Positions 35,981 through 50,279 of a stretch of DNA of 64,000 bases are shown here, one piece after another. The notes beneath the pieces are model-generated. The model made no database searches. It was not told the DNA's origin and saw nothing but the letters and a program-made list of their open reading frames with translations. The stretch is from the NCBI GenBank assembly GCA_964106915.2, contig OZ066918.1, one strand, 5' to 3'. The DNA comes from Podarcis gaigeae. Taxonomy: Eukaryota. The stretch's first letter is position 1; every line of letters begins with the position of its first letter. Position numbers and translations under genes: made by a program.

Positions 35981-38519
35981 CATGTCCTCTCACTCAACAT
36001 GATCTCATCTCATTGGATATAGGATCCCTGATTGGCTAGGAATATACATTGGGTGTGGTGGAGATAATATGGTGCCAAATGAAGAGGAACATGGTCACCA
36101 TGAACATTTGGTGTTTAAGAGGAGCATTTCACTGATCCAAATTCCCTTTTGTTATGTTTTTGTTAAAAACCTGTGAGTTTTTGAAGGAGGCCATACTTCT
36201 CAGTCATGGTTTCCTAACGTAGAGAAACTTATCTGTAGCATTTGAGCCAAATTATTCAGTGAAGACAATACAGATCATTATTTATCTTCACCTATGTACT
36301 AGCAGACAACCAGAACCAGAGGACAAGATGAGACCAACCACAGGAAGCTGTCTTCTACTGAGTCAGACCATCTAACTCAGCACCATCTACAATGACTGGG
36401 AGACGGTCTCCTGGAGTTGTGGACCAGGAGTTTTCCTCAGCCCTACCTGTAGAGGCTAGGAATGGAAAGCTGGGGCTTTCTGCATGCAGAACATGTGTCC
36501 TGCCACTGATCTGCAGCTGCCAGTGCATTTCCTATAGTATTTTGGTGACAGAGAACTAGACTGCAAAGTCACATGAGTCTATTTAGTAGGGGTGAAGAAA
36601 CTACAGCCTTTCCCCTATTTAAAAATAGATTCTGCCTTCACTTAGATTTTTCTTTAACTAAACAAAAACTGAACTAGTAGAAGAAGCAGAATTTCAGGGA
36701 TAGAGATAATAGCATATTGACCATGTAGAATTCCACTGAAAGACCCTCAGCAGAGGTCAAGTGGAGTAATTGCATGCCAGTTTCCCTCCTTGACAAAGTA
36801 CTGCCCTTCTAGGGAGAAGGAAGGGGATCAGTACTTCTTGGGAAACCGCCTGCCACCTCCCAATCAATGACCCCTCTAACAAATGGATTTTCTCCCCCAT
36901 CCCCCACCCTCCAGCCCAGTGGAATCCATACTACTAAATATGTTTCCAACCAGCTCGTTGGCTTGGTATTGATTTTAATTAAACACCTGTGATTGGTGCA
37001 GGGAGGGAGGGAGAAGTTCTCAGGTGCTGGAACATGGTTCTTCATGGCATTTGTTAACCAGGATGTTTTGCCCCTCTTCACTGTAATTTCTGCTCAGCAT
37101 GGACAAACTTGTGTAGGAAGGCTCTGATGAGCACCACGCCATGTCTACTAGCCATTGATGGCCTTATCCTCCATGCATCTGTCCAATTCCCCTTTTAAAG
37201 TTGACCAGTTTTGGTGACCATGGCCACACCTTGTGGTATGAAATTCCTGAGTTTAATAATGCACTGGGTAAAGAAGCACAGCTTCTTGCCTGTCTTGAAT
37301 CTCCTATCATTCAGCTTGATCAGGAACTCATATTATCTAGTTCCAGCAGGCAGTTCCATAAAACACATTTCTCCAGGAACTTCAACTCCATAGCATTACC
37401 CAATTTGCTACCTAGGGACACAGAGATATCTAACAAATGGCCCTAGGTTTATCTAAAATCTAATAGCACTGAGTAAGGAAAAGAATAAACAGAATTGGAC
37501 AAAAACAGAGCACCTAGCTGTTTGGGGAAACTTACTGAAAATGCATGCAACTTCTTTTTCACATGTCTACTCTTGTTACCACTCAGTTTTATACACGTTT
37601 GAAAACTCTTCATGTGGAATGGCTTATATTATTTTTCTCCTTCACCATGCACGTCCTATTATCTTTGTTGTCCATATGTACCACTCAAGTGTTTTTGAGT
37701 TGGAGTTGTGTCTGATTGTCAAAAGCAAGCAATTCCAAGTTTGTTCTAAGGAATGTTCCTGGGCAGTGTTACGGTAAATTCCGGGTGCGGAGTTGCCCTG
37801 CCACCCAGCTCGTCGGACATGATGGATCTTTGGAACCACCTGAATGTTGGAACCACTACATCATGTTGTAGCTACTGATATGATGCATATTTATTTGGAC
37901 TGGATGAAGACCCAATGTCAGCAGCAGGGATCTAAGGATGATGAAAAATGGGTCCACTTCCTCTCAGTTGGAATAGCATAATATGCCTCAATATCTAAAT
38001 GCTTGAAGTTGGGGAAGAAAGTCATCTGAGTCTACTGACAATGACTTGTCATGAAGCTATAATATAAAGGCAAATTTTGTGTCAAAATTCAATAAATAAA
38101 TGGGAGATTTAAGTTATGTGAATAAGTGAGGGAATGTGAATACTAAAACACTGATAGCAAGCATTCAGCTTCCACCAAAAGTATTTCAGTTTTGAAACTC
38201 CCCAAAATGTGTTTGTTCCTAACTACACATATCCCCAAGTAGAATGGCAATGATTTAGGTACAATTTCTCTCTCTCTTGGCACTCAATATTCAAAGCTAT
38301 AAATTGAACAAAATTTCATGTGCCTGGGGAAATCCTCACCAATTCTAAGATTTGCACATATAAATTGCATTTCAAAACCCAAATTCTCCAAATTTATGCA
38401 GTTTCAGGTTAAACTGAAATCCCACTTTAGCTTTTGCTGCCACAACCAATGTTCCCTTCTTCTCCCTTGAAATATTCTGAAACACTTGCTCCAATACAGC
38501 CCATCTCTGACTCTCTCAC

Positions 38520-38632
38520 CTTCACTGTAAGAATAAATCCAGCACTGTAGAAAGGATTTTCTCGGTCCAGTGGCCCATTCAGCGTTAAAGCACCACTGAT
38601 GTAGTCCAGTGCAAATATACTGTTGGTGTTGC
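38520..38632 (-). CDS. CDH23: Cadherin-23 coding exon, 113 nt (EC3; approx. human exon 10)
   Basis: ttgtcag|GC...AAG|gtgaga. Encodes (G)NTNSIFALDYISGALTLNGPLDRENPFYSAGFILTVK with LDRE motif, phase 1 to 0. Lies inside ORF 38427..38834. Confidence 0.97.
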
Positions 38633-41091
38633 CTGACAATAAAATAAATTGAATCAGCACACATAAAACTCCTGTGCAGAAATGCATAAAAAAAGCTCGA
38701 GATTTAACATTTAGGTCAAAAACAAAACACAGTTGCAGATCAGAAAAGCAAAATGTTGTGCTGTTTGAAACCCCAGCCAGCAACAGATTTATGCCATGAC
38801 TTGAAAACATTACTGAATGTATTTTAAAGCTCAAACTCTATTTCTCATTGCCTCAATCTAACAAGATACAGGTTTGGAAACTGAGCTGCTCCTCCTCCTC
38901 CTCCTGATAGCATCACAAAAACTTCAGGCAGTGAAGGAGTTTCAAAGCGCTCCTGTTTAAATGGAAATGTATTCATGGCTTTTGTATACACATCACTTCT
39001 GCTACTGATTATGGATCTTTGGCAGGGCACAGAGACACACACATCTGCAGTTCCCTTTAAGTATAAGGCTGGGTATGGAGGGAGGGTAGTTTGCCGAAAG
39101 CATTCTTGACAGTATGTAGAGATGAGATCGGAAGGATGTGCAGGACATAGAGAGGAAATGGGATCCTTTCTCCTCCTCCTCCTTTGTAATGCACAACCCC
39201 AACTTCAAAAAGTGGGGGACACAAGATAAAGGAGGCTAGCAAACCTGTGGAACAGGAAATCAAGGAGGTGAGACTGGGACGGGGGAAGAAGAGGTAGAGA
39301 AGTAGGAGTCCTGTTCTAATGTTTTACAGAAAACCCACCCAAAAGGGTGGAATTCCCCAATTTCAAACTTAAACGCTAACCTGTTGCTCAGTCACCACAG
39401 GGATCAAACCTAGAGCCCTGTAGATCAGGCACTGATTGCCTACTGCTTGTACTGTTGAAAGTCAAAAAAAGAAAAGGGGGAAAAAGAGGATTATGTTATA
39501 AAGTTTTCATTTTTTAAAAAAGGTTAGAAATAGGACAGGAAGTTTCTTGGGGATATCATGAGGACAAGTCAATCAGTTCTATGTACGGCTGGCTTCTGCG
39601 TAAAACTTGCACACACGTTTCCTTCAGAACTCAGCTCTGGAGAAGAAAAGACATAGTGAAGAAGCTTTCAGATTTGTTTCATTCCTCAAGACTTATATAT
39701 GACTTCACATTTTAGAAGACAAAGGTGTGGGGGAGAGGAAGAGCCTGCCACCTCCCCCCATTTTATTCCCCCCCCCCCAAATACATGCACACTTGTTGCT
39801 ACACATTTCCTTTCATGTCTGAACCCCCCAACTTCCTCTCTTTATGAAATACTTTTGTCACCCCTTATTCCATTGTTACCTCTTTTGTCAATTTCTTGAC
39901 CCACTAAAAAGTCCCAGCCTGGGTTAAGTGCATTTTAGCATGTGGCTGACTGCATACTGCAGAAATGTCTGATGGCTTTCAATTGGTTTGTTTGCTCCAT
40001 TGATCTAACAGCAATTACACCACCTCCGCTTTCTTTCCTATAAAGAGCTAAAAAATTGAACATGGGCAACAAAACAATCCCAGGCCTGTTCCACACCTCT
40101 GTTGTTCCTCCGCCCACTGGGTTCCACAGCAGAGAAAATAGTAACATGTTTCTTTGGGCAGCATTCACTAGTAATCATTAGATGTCCACAGGTGGACAGG
40201 CCTGTCCTTGTAAATCCTTGTCTTGAGCCTGTAGTTGCCTTACCAGTGTGGCTGTTGCTTTCCATACTGTTTTTATAATGTATGTAGTGAGGAAAGCACA
40301 TGGGAGGCATTTGGAGATTTCTGTTCTACCCTTCTAATGCCTATGTTCTACTCATTAGGCATGGTAACTCCCCAGACCAACACCACCAGCCTCAGGGGAT
40401 GGACAGCATTAGCATGGGCAATAACTGTTGTCACATGACCCTCTCCCATACCCACATGATCTCCCTGATACACAGCAGTGGGGAAGCAGCCAGGTGGAAG
40501 CTACGAGCCATGCCATTCAGGTAATGTGGTTCTTAAATGTTATAAGCTAGTGATGCTGGATACGTTTGGTTGGAAATAGGACACAGGCACACATAGATTA
40601 TCAAGACACTTTCCAATTTTAATTTTTTGTTATATTTGTCATATTTTTAGTTTTTAAACTGCAGTATCAGCTCAAAGGAACAAGAATTAAAAACACGTTC
40701 ATCACATTCTCTCATTTCAATCCAACTGTGCTTGATTAAGACTGTGCTCCTAAGCATACTTACTAGGAGTAAGCCTCATTGAACTCAGTGGGACTTATTT
40801 CTGACTCAGTCAACATGTTTCAAATCAGGATGCAAAGATACGAAATGCTTCTGCTATCTACATTTGCACTCTCTCCCTCTTGCAGTGTCCTGAACCTCAA
40901 TATGAAGCCTTGTTGTTCTTAGGATGCTTGAGAGTTTAATGATGGCATTGACTGTATTGTACTTGGCCAGCAAAGGACATTCTATTGTCTCTTATTTGGG
41001 CAACTTGGCATTGCTAATTATGTGTCCTCCAATTCTGACCTGATCCTTTCCCAGGGTTGAGCTGCTGGCCCTCTCAGTTGACAAACAAGTA

Positions 41092-41299
41092 CAGTCGAAC
41101 ATCTGTCTATGTAACCCTCTGGTTACGCAAACTTCGGGATGCGCATGCAGCAAACCCAGAAGTATTTTATCAGGTTTTGCAGCGCGTGCATGCGCAGAAG
41201 TGGTATGTGCATGCGCAGAAGCGGTCCTCAGGTTGCGGAAACCTCGGGATCCAACTGGAACTCCGGAACGGATCCTGTCCGCAACTGGAGGTACCACTG
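41092..41299. mobile_element. Tc1/mariner(Tigger)-type MITE, copy 2
   Basis: TA|cagtcgaac...gaggtaccactg|TA, with a TA target duplication on both sides. Confidence 0.87.
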
Positions 41300-44200
41300 T
41301 ATTGTGATTTCACACCAGGCTACAACCTGGATTTTTCAAGCTGAAAAAATGGCAGAACAGATTGCTTTTGCATCAGGGGAAAAAAAAAGTAGATGTGACT
41401 GTTTTGCCTTTGCTTTAGAAGTACAAACCTGCATTGTCCATGGTTCTACTAAACAGTGTTGCAATCCGAGGAAGGTTTTTATGCAGCATGGCTTCTTATA
41501 CTTTATAGTCTAAAATATGCAGTACGGAATTCAAGAGATGTTTTATCTCTGTGTTCTGTAAATAAGCAGACTGGCCAAGACAATCCAAATGTCTATATAT
41601 ATATTTGAGTAGCGTATACATTTGTTTTTAAAATGGCTCCCACTCTGTCTCTCTTTCTCTCCCCCAGCACATACACATTCTGTACTAAATGGTGTTCTGA
41701 GGGTGGGGACATGTAATGTGACATCACACTTTGAGTTACCCTTTCCCTATGAAGGGGAGCAGCTCAGAACATTACAACATTGTGCCATACATTTTTACAC
41801 TGGCAAACATCTAGCTTGAGGCTTGGCATCACTAGTGAAAATGCCCTTGGACACATAATCCAATAGCCCTATTCCTTTTGTCGAAGGGACATTTGCTGCC
41901 ACAACATGCAATCTTTAGACTGGCCTGGACTCATTAAACCACTAAACTTAAAGTGAATGACTTTCATGAGATGTGAAAGGGGAACGTGGCCTACACCGTG
42001 CACACTAGATAATTTATTAATCAAAATGTGCTCTGTCAGGGCTCCTCTGCACTGAAATAGATGCTGTTGGATGTGGTTCATAGAATCAGCAACAGACACA
42101 GTTATCATTATATAAATAGTCCATCAGCGGCTTTGACTACCTCGCTGATCTTCACCTTGAATTCTACCCCATACAACATCCAGACAGGTGCTCAGGACTG
42201 CTTCCCTGTAATGTCTCCCACACTGTTTTTATACAGATTATAGACAATAGCAGGGATGTACGTTTTGGGAGGGGAGGGCTGCCAGAAGCATCCATTGCAG
42301 CAAATAATAGTTGCACCCAAGGAAATGGCTGAGAAGTTGTAACCCAGGAGGTGAAACTAGACTAAATAAATCACTGAGTCAAAAAGACAAGGGCAGTAAG
42401 CATGTGAGTTAACATGAGGCAGGCAGCAAACTAAGATGATAGTCCATTCAGACTCAAAGGTAGATGTGCAAGGAAGGAGCAGATCCAGTAAAAGGGAGCA
42501 CAGCTGCATGGCACAACAGAATAGGGATAGGGCAGTCTCCATAATGCCAAGGCCATCCAGGTCAACAGTATGAATTGTGCCTGTGTATTCCCAGGCACAA
42601 CACGATATTCCCCCATGGAATGAGGTTCAGGCCAAATATTTGCAGCACCATTCATTCATATTTCTGCTTAAATTTATTTATACTTCTTTAATTTGCACAG
42701 GGTTGCATCCAAGTAAACAGGGAGCAGAAGGCAAATATATTTCCCACAGAGAGAATGCACATTTGGATTCCTACATATTTATGGCTCGAGTGCAGTTTAC
42801 AGAATGAATCTTCACAACCATGCTTACGGGGGGCGGGGGGACACACACCCATAAATCCGCTGTTTCTTTGCTGGAAAGACTGGGTTGTAACCAACGGTGG
42901 CTTTGTGTCAGTGGAAAGCTCTTCCGCTCGTGAAAGGGTGAACATCTCGTTTTCACTAACACACACATACACCTGTATCCACTATAGCCCAGAACTTCCT
43001 GAGTGTTGGGTGGGTTCTGGGACAGAATGAGATAGGGCCCAGACGGCTGAAAGAGGAAGGAGGGACCAGCCAAAATTGGATGCCTCACCTTATAAGCAGT
43101 TCCAGGCTTTGTTTAATTAAATGATTAAAATTAAAAATTCTAACACTTTGGAAACATACAGCCCAACCCACAAGAAAAGCCTGTTCTTAACAATTCCCTC
43201 ATTTTCTCCAGTGTACGTACAACAGCTTCTATGCTGTTACATATATATTCCACATTTTGCACCATATCAACATTGAGGAGTGGGGCAGAGGTGAAACACA
43301 AATCTGTGTTTCACATCCTATGGATATATCATATCTTGTAAAGACATCAGAGTTAATAACTATGAGTTCAATTCAGATAAAATTAAATGCATTTAAATCA
43401 TATTTAAATCTATGAGGCTTGTTAAATTTGCATATGTGCCACTGATTTCAATTTCACTGTGACTTCTGAACACTTACATTTCCTTAGGTTGTGTGCTATG
43501 AGATGCATTTGGTGCTCTGCCTCACAGATTCCCACAGCATCAGATTCCCCATCGGTCTCTAAGGGTAGCTCATTGCTGGGGAAAGATCTTACCATGGGAT
43601 CTGCCAGTCCCACATGAATCCTGGTCAGGAATGCTAACGCTGTGGCATAAAGACCAAGCAACATGACAACAACAGCCACGCCACAGTAGTGTGTATGTAT
43701 AACTCAGGCCACAGATGTCATCATTACATGGCAAACTTGCCTTCTTCGCATTGAGAATTTTGTTTGCATAGAATTTTTTTTTTTTTGGGGGGGGGGGAAT
43801 CTTACCATGATCAAAATTCCAGACTGCTACACTTTTTCTTAATACCTGCATTTATTCCTATACAAACTATTATTCACATTGCAAAGCTGTGTTTCAAAAG
43901 AAACGCCCTTTCTATATTTGTCTTATATATCCCAATTAAAGTCATACTTCTGCAAATAGGACATTGTTTGGATCCAGTCCTACTAAAACACACACACACA
44001 CCACACACCCAGGGCAATATTCCAGAGGCAGCTGTCAGCTCCTCAACCCCTTGTGAAACCAGTTACTTCCTCTGCCCCCCCTACTCTCATAGTCTTTCCA
44101 GCTGTTTCAAAAGCTGATGTTGAGTTACTGTTTTAATTACTGAAGGCCATTTGTTGGTGAAGCTTTCTGAAATAAAAGGAGTCATTATAAAAGCAATATT

Positions 44201-44510
44201 TGCAAAGACTGTTCCCGGACTGACACTGGGCCAAAGCAATGTAACACACACTGCTAATTCTCTGCAACACTGAAATGTCTGAGGCACTTTGGTTGTAGCA
44301 ACACCCAACATTTTAGCTTTTAGTCTAGTTCTATCTCATGGACATGGTAGAAATCAGATTTCTGGCATGGATCATACCACCATCATAGAATGGACCATAC
44401 CACTTCAGACTGGGGATTCTCTATCCCTAACCTAGGAGGAGGGTATTGAAAGGTCTGTCTGCTCTTGTGTTAATACAACCTCATCAATTAATATTTGCCT
44501 GAGTCTCTTC

Positions 44511-44750
44511 AAGAAGAAGAGTTTGGATTTGATATCCCGCTTTATCACTACCCTAAGGTGTCTCAAAGTGGCTAACATTCTCCTTTCCCTTCCTCCCCCA
44601 CAACACTCTGTGAGGTGAGTGGGGCTGAGAGACTTCAGAGAAGTGTGACTAGCCCAAGGTCACCCAACAGCTGCATGTGGAGGAGCGGGGAAGCAAACCC
44701 AGTTCACCAGCTTACGAGTCCACCGCTCTTAACCACTACACCACGCTGGC
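44511..44750 (-). mobile_element. Squam3/POMSINE-like SINE
   Basis: Reverse-complement match to 16334-16583, including the (GAA)n tail and ...aaccactacaccacgctggc head. Confidence 0.87.
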
Positions 44751-45107
44751 TCTCAATATCTGTCTTGGGATGTTGGTTGGTTGCTACCAGAGAGAAACAG
44801 AATTTCCCTGGCTGTGGAAATTCCCTCCAAATATATATTCACCTGACGTCTTTACTGTCTTTTAGACACTAAGCTATATCCATCCTAACTGACTATTTTT
44901 TACAGCCGAAAGAAACCATATAAAAATATAATAAATAACTATTTTTTGTTAGGTATAATGCTTCTTGTTTATATTTATAATGCTTTTTTACAGCTGTTGT
45001 TCATTTTAGTTTATTTTTATTTTAACGATGGTGATATCTTAGATTATTTTATCGATTTGTGAGCTGCCTTAAAGACCGTTGTAGTAGAAAGGCAAGACAC
45101 AAGATTT

Positions 45108-45149
45108 AACAAACAAACAAACAAACAAACAAACAAACAAACAAACAAA
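45108..45149. repeat. (AAAC)n microsatellite
   Basis: About 10 units, at the tail of a decayed element. Confidence 0.92.
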
Positions 45150-46702
45150 TGGGTATTTTCAAAACTGAAGTAATTTAATTTCACAGGCTACAGATGAACC
45201 AATGCGTATACACCATTGTTTTCCAGGTTAGGTATACACCATTGCAATACTGCTGCCTCATTCTGCTTCAAGTCTAACTCACACATTTTATTTTCAGGTC
45301 CGCATCTAAGTTGGGTGGGTTTTTAAAACACACTCTTAACAACGTGGACAAGAATCTCAGGAACCGGACATGACTACCATTATGTCTTTCCAGTCCTTCT
45401 GACAAGAAAGGCTACTGTGGTACTTTTGGAGTTTATGCTCTCTGCAGTGCCCGCACCCCTTAGACTTTATGCAGTCATGTAAATTCACCTCCATTCCCAC
45501 TACAGCATTGTGCAACATTATTGGAAATGTTCTGCCAGGGTTCACTAGTATGATGTTCCACAGTGTTTTATGCTGCATTTTTTGACCATGTTTGCATGTG
45601 GTAGATAGGCAAGAAAAACTGACTCTTCCATTTTATATGGCCATTCACCCGGCTTCTCACTTTTTTCTTGCCTTTGCTGTAAGGTTCTAAAGTCAACTCT
45701 GTTACAAGTTAGTAGACAGGGACAATAGTTGTAACACACACCTTAAGTTTTATGACTGCCACACTCCACTGGCATGGCAACGGCCATCTAAATTTAACTC
45801 CTCCCTTCATGGTTATTAATAATAGCCTGACTGCCCAACCCCATTTCTGATGTCTTTCCATCACTTGTTGCACCTTGGAAGCTGCCAGGACATCAATCTC
45901 TCTTAGCCTGAAGAGCTCCTTAAATGAAAAATCTTATCTAGAACAGGTCATGTTATATAACAAGTCAATAGCTTTGCCTGGGAAATGAAAGATGATGAGG
46001 TAGAGTCCCCGGGACAGAGGCTATCTTCATAAATCTGCCAAAAAAGGAGCTGTGGATTACATTACTGGATTAATTATCTGTCCTTCAAAACACAGCCCTG
46101 ACCTCAGTGTCTGAACATCACCAGCCTAACCCAGCTTGTGAACACAAACAAGGGATTGCTTCCTCTACGGTGATATTAGAGGGGGCCGTTTGCTGGTTGC
46201 ACTTGAGTTTAGCAAAAGGTATTCTGGGAAATTTACAAATGACACTCAGATCTCTAGTGTTTTCCATGTGGCTTTTCTCAATTCTGTTGTCCTTTGTGAC
46301 ATTTACCTTTGCTTTCATTTTAGTTGCTAGTCTCTGTATGTTTAAATGGGTTTTGAGCTGGATGCTGGCATTATGCTAAATTTAGTGAAAGCAAAGGAAT
46401 CACTTGAATCCAGGTTAAGGACAGCAATTTCTAGCTCAGTGTAGATTGCATTGGGGCACATACAGTAACTCGTGTTACTGATTTGAAGCAAACATCAAAA
46501 CTAAAGAAACAGTTAACCTTAAAATTAATTCTTCCTTGTGGCACCTACCCACACAGAATTTGAGAATTTTTTACCATGCCCCTTTGGGATTCTGTCCAGA
46601 TTTCTCCAAAAAATTAATCTGAAAAAGAACCTCCCAGTTCTTTTCAAGTTTTGCTTTATGTGAAATCCAATGGTAACCTAGGGAAGTGCGAAAATCTTGC
46701 AC

Positions 46703-47077
46703 TTGGGATAAATTCAATTCAGTTCACATTTAAATTATGTATGAACCTACATAATTTTCACTTTGAAACAATAAGCAAAGCAAAACACAGCCATCCTTTG
46801 AAACTTGCACTTCTCTGACTTTAGCAATGCAGTTCTCTAGCAAAGTAATTGTGCAAAATGAGCAAACAAGACTAAGGTGTGCATAAAAATGCATATAGTA
46901 GTGGAAATTACGTTAGAATGCATTGTATTAGGAAAAATGAGTGTATTAGGCAAAATTGCATAGAAACATGTATCTTAGAAGAAATATGCTGATGAATTTG
47001 TGGAAATGTGGAGATTGAATTTAAGATTGGAAAAAATGAACAAGTGAGTGAAACTGAAACTGATTCGTCTATCCCTA
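46703..47077. mobile_element. Probable old non-autonomous DNA transposon
   Basis: Ends are loosely inverted (gggataaattcaattcagtt and aactgattcgtctatccc) around an AT-rich interior. Related fragments appear near 30005-30170 and 40580-40720. Confidence 0.4.
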
Positions 47078-48796
47078 CTTGCCAATGAATTTCACTAGTT
47101 TTATTACTTTATTATTACTACACTTAAGATTCTGCATCTGTTTCACCTGAGTAGAAGCTCAAGCCTTCATTTTTAATTTCTCTTTAGGTAAAATTTCAGA
47201 GACAATTCTATTCCTCAGCCAAGTTGAGCCTTTTCTAGAAAAGAGGACCTTCAGCCATGTCAACCCATGAAAGGAAAATATATGGGAGTTGATAAGACAA
47301 TGTGATTGCACACTTGATATCTTTGTAACTGAATCACTTGAGCTTGACCTTACTCTTTTTTTTTTGAAGTGGTTATGCTTCATCTTCTAGCTTTAATGTT
47401 CTTCTGTCAAGTGAAAACCTTGTATTTGTAGAAGGGCTGTATATAAAAAAGTTTCTGCAATATGTTCTGAAGCAACCAATATCAAACACAATTTGAAAAT
47501 GTTGGCCTAGAATTATTATATATTTCTTCACCGCCATGCCTGTAGTTTAACAGAGAGATAATTAATTAAACTGGGGAAATAAAATCAGTATTTTTACTTT
47601 TCATTGAACATTTCGTTTGCTTTTGCTACCCTAAATTTAGCTTCAACAATTGGGGGTGGGGGAAAGCCTGCAACAATCATTTTTAATATTGCTGAGTTAA
47701 TTCCTAATCAAATTCATCAGCTATCTTCTGACATTAGACAGCTTTTTGCACATTTTGCAAATGTTTTCAGCCCAAGCAGAAAATATACTCACTGACCTTT
47801 ACCATAATAATAGGGGATAATGACAAACTAATTATATATTTCTGGATTGACAAAAACCAAAAATGAAACTTGCCTTTGGTGCATGGATTACTGGAGCCTT
47901 CACTAACTTAAATAATTGCCTTTTAGAAACATACAGACACTGGTGTTACGTATCATCTATACCAATAGCGAACTCAACTTTCTGAGTGCTGGTCCTTATG
48001 CAGCCAAAACAGCACCACCCAAAGGCAAGAGGGAAATATGAGTAGGCTTAGGTGAGCAACAGAGTTTGCAGAAATACAAAAACCAAAGGAAAAAAAAACC
48101 TTCTCCCCACAAAACCTTTAAGGTGGTGGTGGGAAATGAAGGAGAGGGGGAAACGACACCCTGAAAACTGCTCCATGAAGATGAGCGTGCTCAGAGGCTT
48201 GCTGTTGAACACTGCCTTGCTGCTGGCAGGGATAGGTGATGGCAGGATGCAATGCTGTATCCTGAACAGGAGGACTCCTGACTGAAATATTCTGTTGTGG
48301 GTCCAAGTTGCACACACACTATGTGCTTACTTTCTTCATCCACATAACTAAAACCAGCAAATTATTATTCATGCTAGATAGGAGCTGTCAGCACTAAAAC
48401 TGAAAACCTGCGTGCTACTGCCCTACGCTGTGAGCTACCAGGTCTGCAAGACAGGATGTTCCCTGATATATGAAGTGCTCCAAGTGCCTAGAGTAACACC
48501 AAAGGGTCAGGCGTTCCCACTACCATTCTTGTCACACCACTAGGTTTCTGGAACCCCAGTTGTGGCTTAAGTTCCAGTGTTGCAAAAGGACTTCTCTTTA
48601 TGAATTACAAGTCCACGTATGGGCATACTGACAATAAGCTTGTCACCTGCTCACCTTACTATCTGAATTTGTGTATTTATATAAGGGTGTTCTGCAATCA
48701 TGCAGCACTCAGGAGAACCGAGGGCTCTGTGAATGTTCACTGACATCTGAGATACCCAACTGTACAGCCTGCTGCAGTAAGGAGGCACAGACAATG

Positions 48797-48870
48797 CCTT
48801 CCTTCCTTCCTTCCTTCCTTCCTTCCTTCCTTCCTTCCTTCTTCCCTTCCTCCCTTCCTTCCTTCCTTCC
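48797..48870. repeat. (CCTT)n microsatellite
   Basis: Direct reading; it produces the PSFL repeat in spurious ORF 48671..48898. Confidence 0.93.
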
Positions 48871-49983
48871 TAGCTACCTACACTGTTTCCCCCCCTGACG
48901 GAACTCAAGGCGGCTTACAGATAAACATTTATTACAGAGGTAATTTTCTGGCTTTTCTGACTGCACAAAACCAGAATCCATAATAGACCCACTGGCAGAA
49001 GCAAAATACACCACAGTGGTGGGTAACTCAATTCACCACATGCCAAAATCAGATGCTCAAACTGCATGTGGCAAAATACGCCAGTAGAAATTCCCCTTTT
49101 CCTACAGTAATGCTTTCTACTGAAAACTGTTGAGTTAGTATCAGTTAGTTCCAAGCAGATTTCAAAACTGCAGTTTCAGCTTGCAGACACAATCCAAAAA
49201 GAAAATGCAAAACAGCTTAATCACTTGTGGCTTTGATGTATTCTGCATGATTTTCTATGATGATAGGTGGCCTCCCCAATGTGATAGACCCAGGGGTAAT
49301 GATTAAGTTATTGATGTATGTCAACAGATGCAATCATGTTTATTATGGCTGTGAGACCGACTCTTACTCTGCAGGCACACAGATTCCCCAGAAGAACGTT
49401 CAGGTTATTTTGGCAATAACTCTGTTGGATAAGGGTGGTGTGAGAGATTATGGACCATTCTATTGGCCAGATAAAAGACGGTGCTGATAAACAAAACTGT
49501 TATAACCAATTCAGAAAATAAGAAATGTTTAAGGAGATGATGCATGAAGAAGTATTGGCTCATGTAAGGCGCTTCACCTGCACATATGGCAGAACTTCCC
49601 CACAAGATGTTGACATGTTTCTCTAGCCTTAGGAATGGTCCCACAACAAAACTTACTACGGTAAATTGTAGTCTGGATTTATTTCATTCGAAATATCAGC
49701 TCACTAATATTTGGGTCTGGTTCCTAAGCCAAATTATGGCTCCGTATGAGCAAGCAAGTGTGTGGGTATGGGGAGCAAAAATTGTGCTTGCTTTGCTTCT
49801 TTCTGGTCCTGCGGCTGCCACACCACCAGAGGTAAACTATGGTTTGACTTAGCATTATGTGTAAACCCAGGGTTGTTGTTTTTCTCTCTCAAATTAACCC
49901 TATGCACTAATCCAAGAACAAACCTTAACTTCAGCTCATGGTTTGTTTGGAGTGACACAAACTATAAGTTCAAGTTCACATGT

Positions 49984-50279
49984 TGTTGTTGCTTAGTCGT
50001 TTAGTCGTGTCCGACTCTTCGTGACCCCATAGACCAGAGCACGCCAGGCACTCCTGTCTTCCACTGCCTCCCACAGTTTGGTCAAACTCATGGATTCTTC
50101 ATGGATCACTGCCTTGCTTGGCAAAGGGGCTTGAATAACTCAGAGAAGCTATGAGCTATGCCATGCAGGGCCACCCAAGATGGACAGGTCATAGTGGAGA
50201 GTTTTGACCAAACGTGATCCACCTGGAGTAGGAACCAGCAAGCCACTCCAGTATCCCTGCCTAGAAAACTCCATGGACA
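49984..50279 (-). mobile_element. BovB insertion with 5' inversion (3' end on minus strand, 5' region on plus strand)
   Basis: 49984-50092 is the reverse complement of the BovB 3' end seen at about 3450-3556. About 50100-50279 resembles the recalled BovB 5' region in plus orientation. 12-bp TSD aagttcacatgt at 49972-49983 and 50280-50291. Confidence 0.8.
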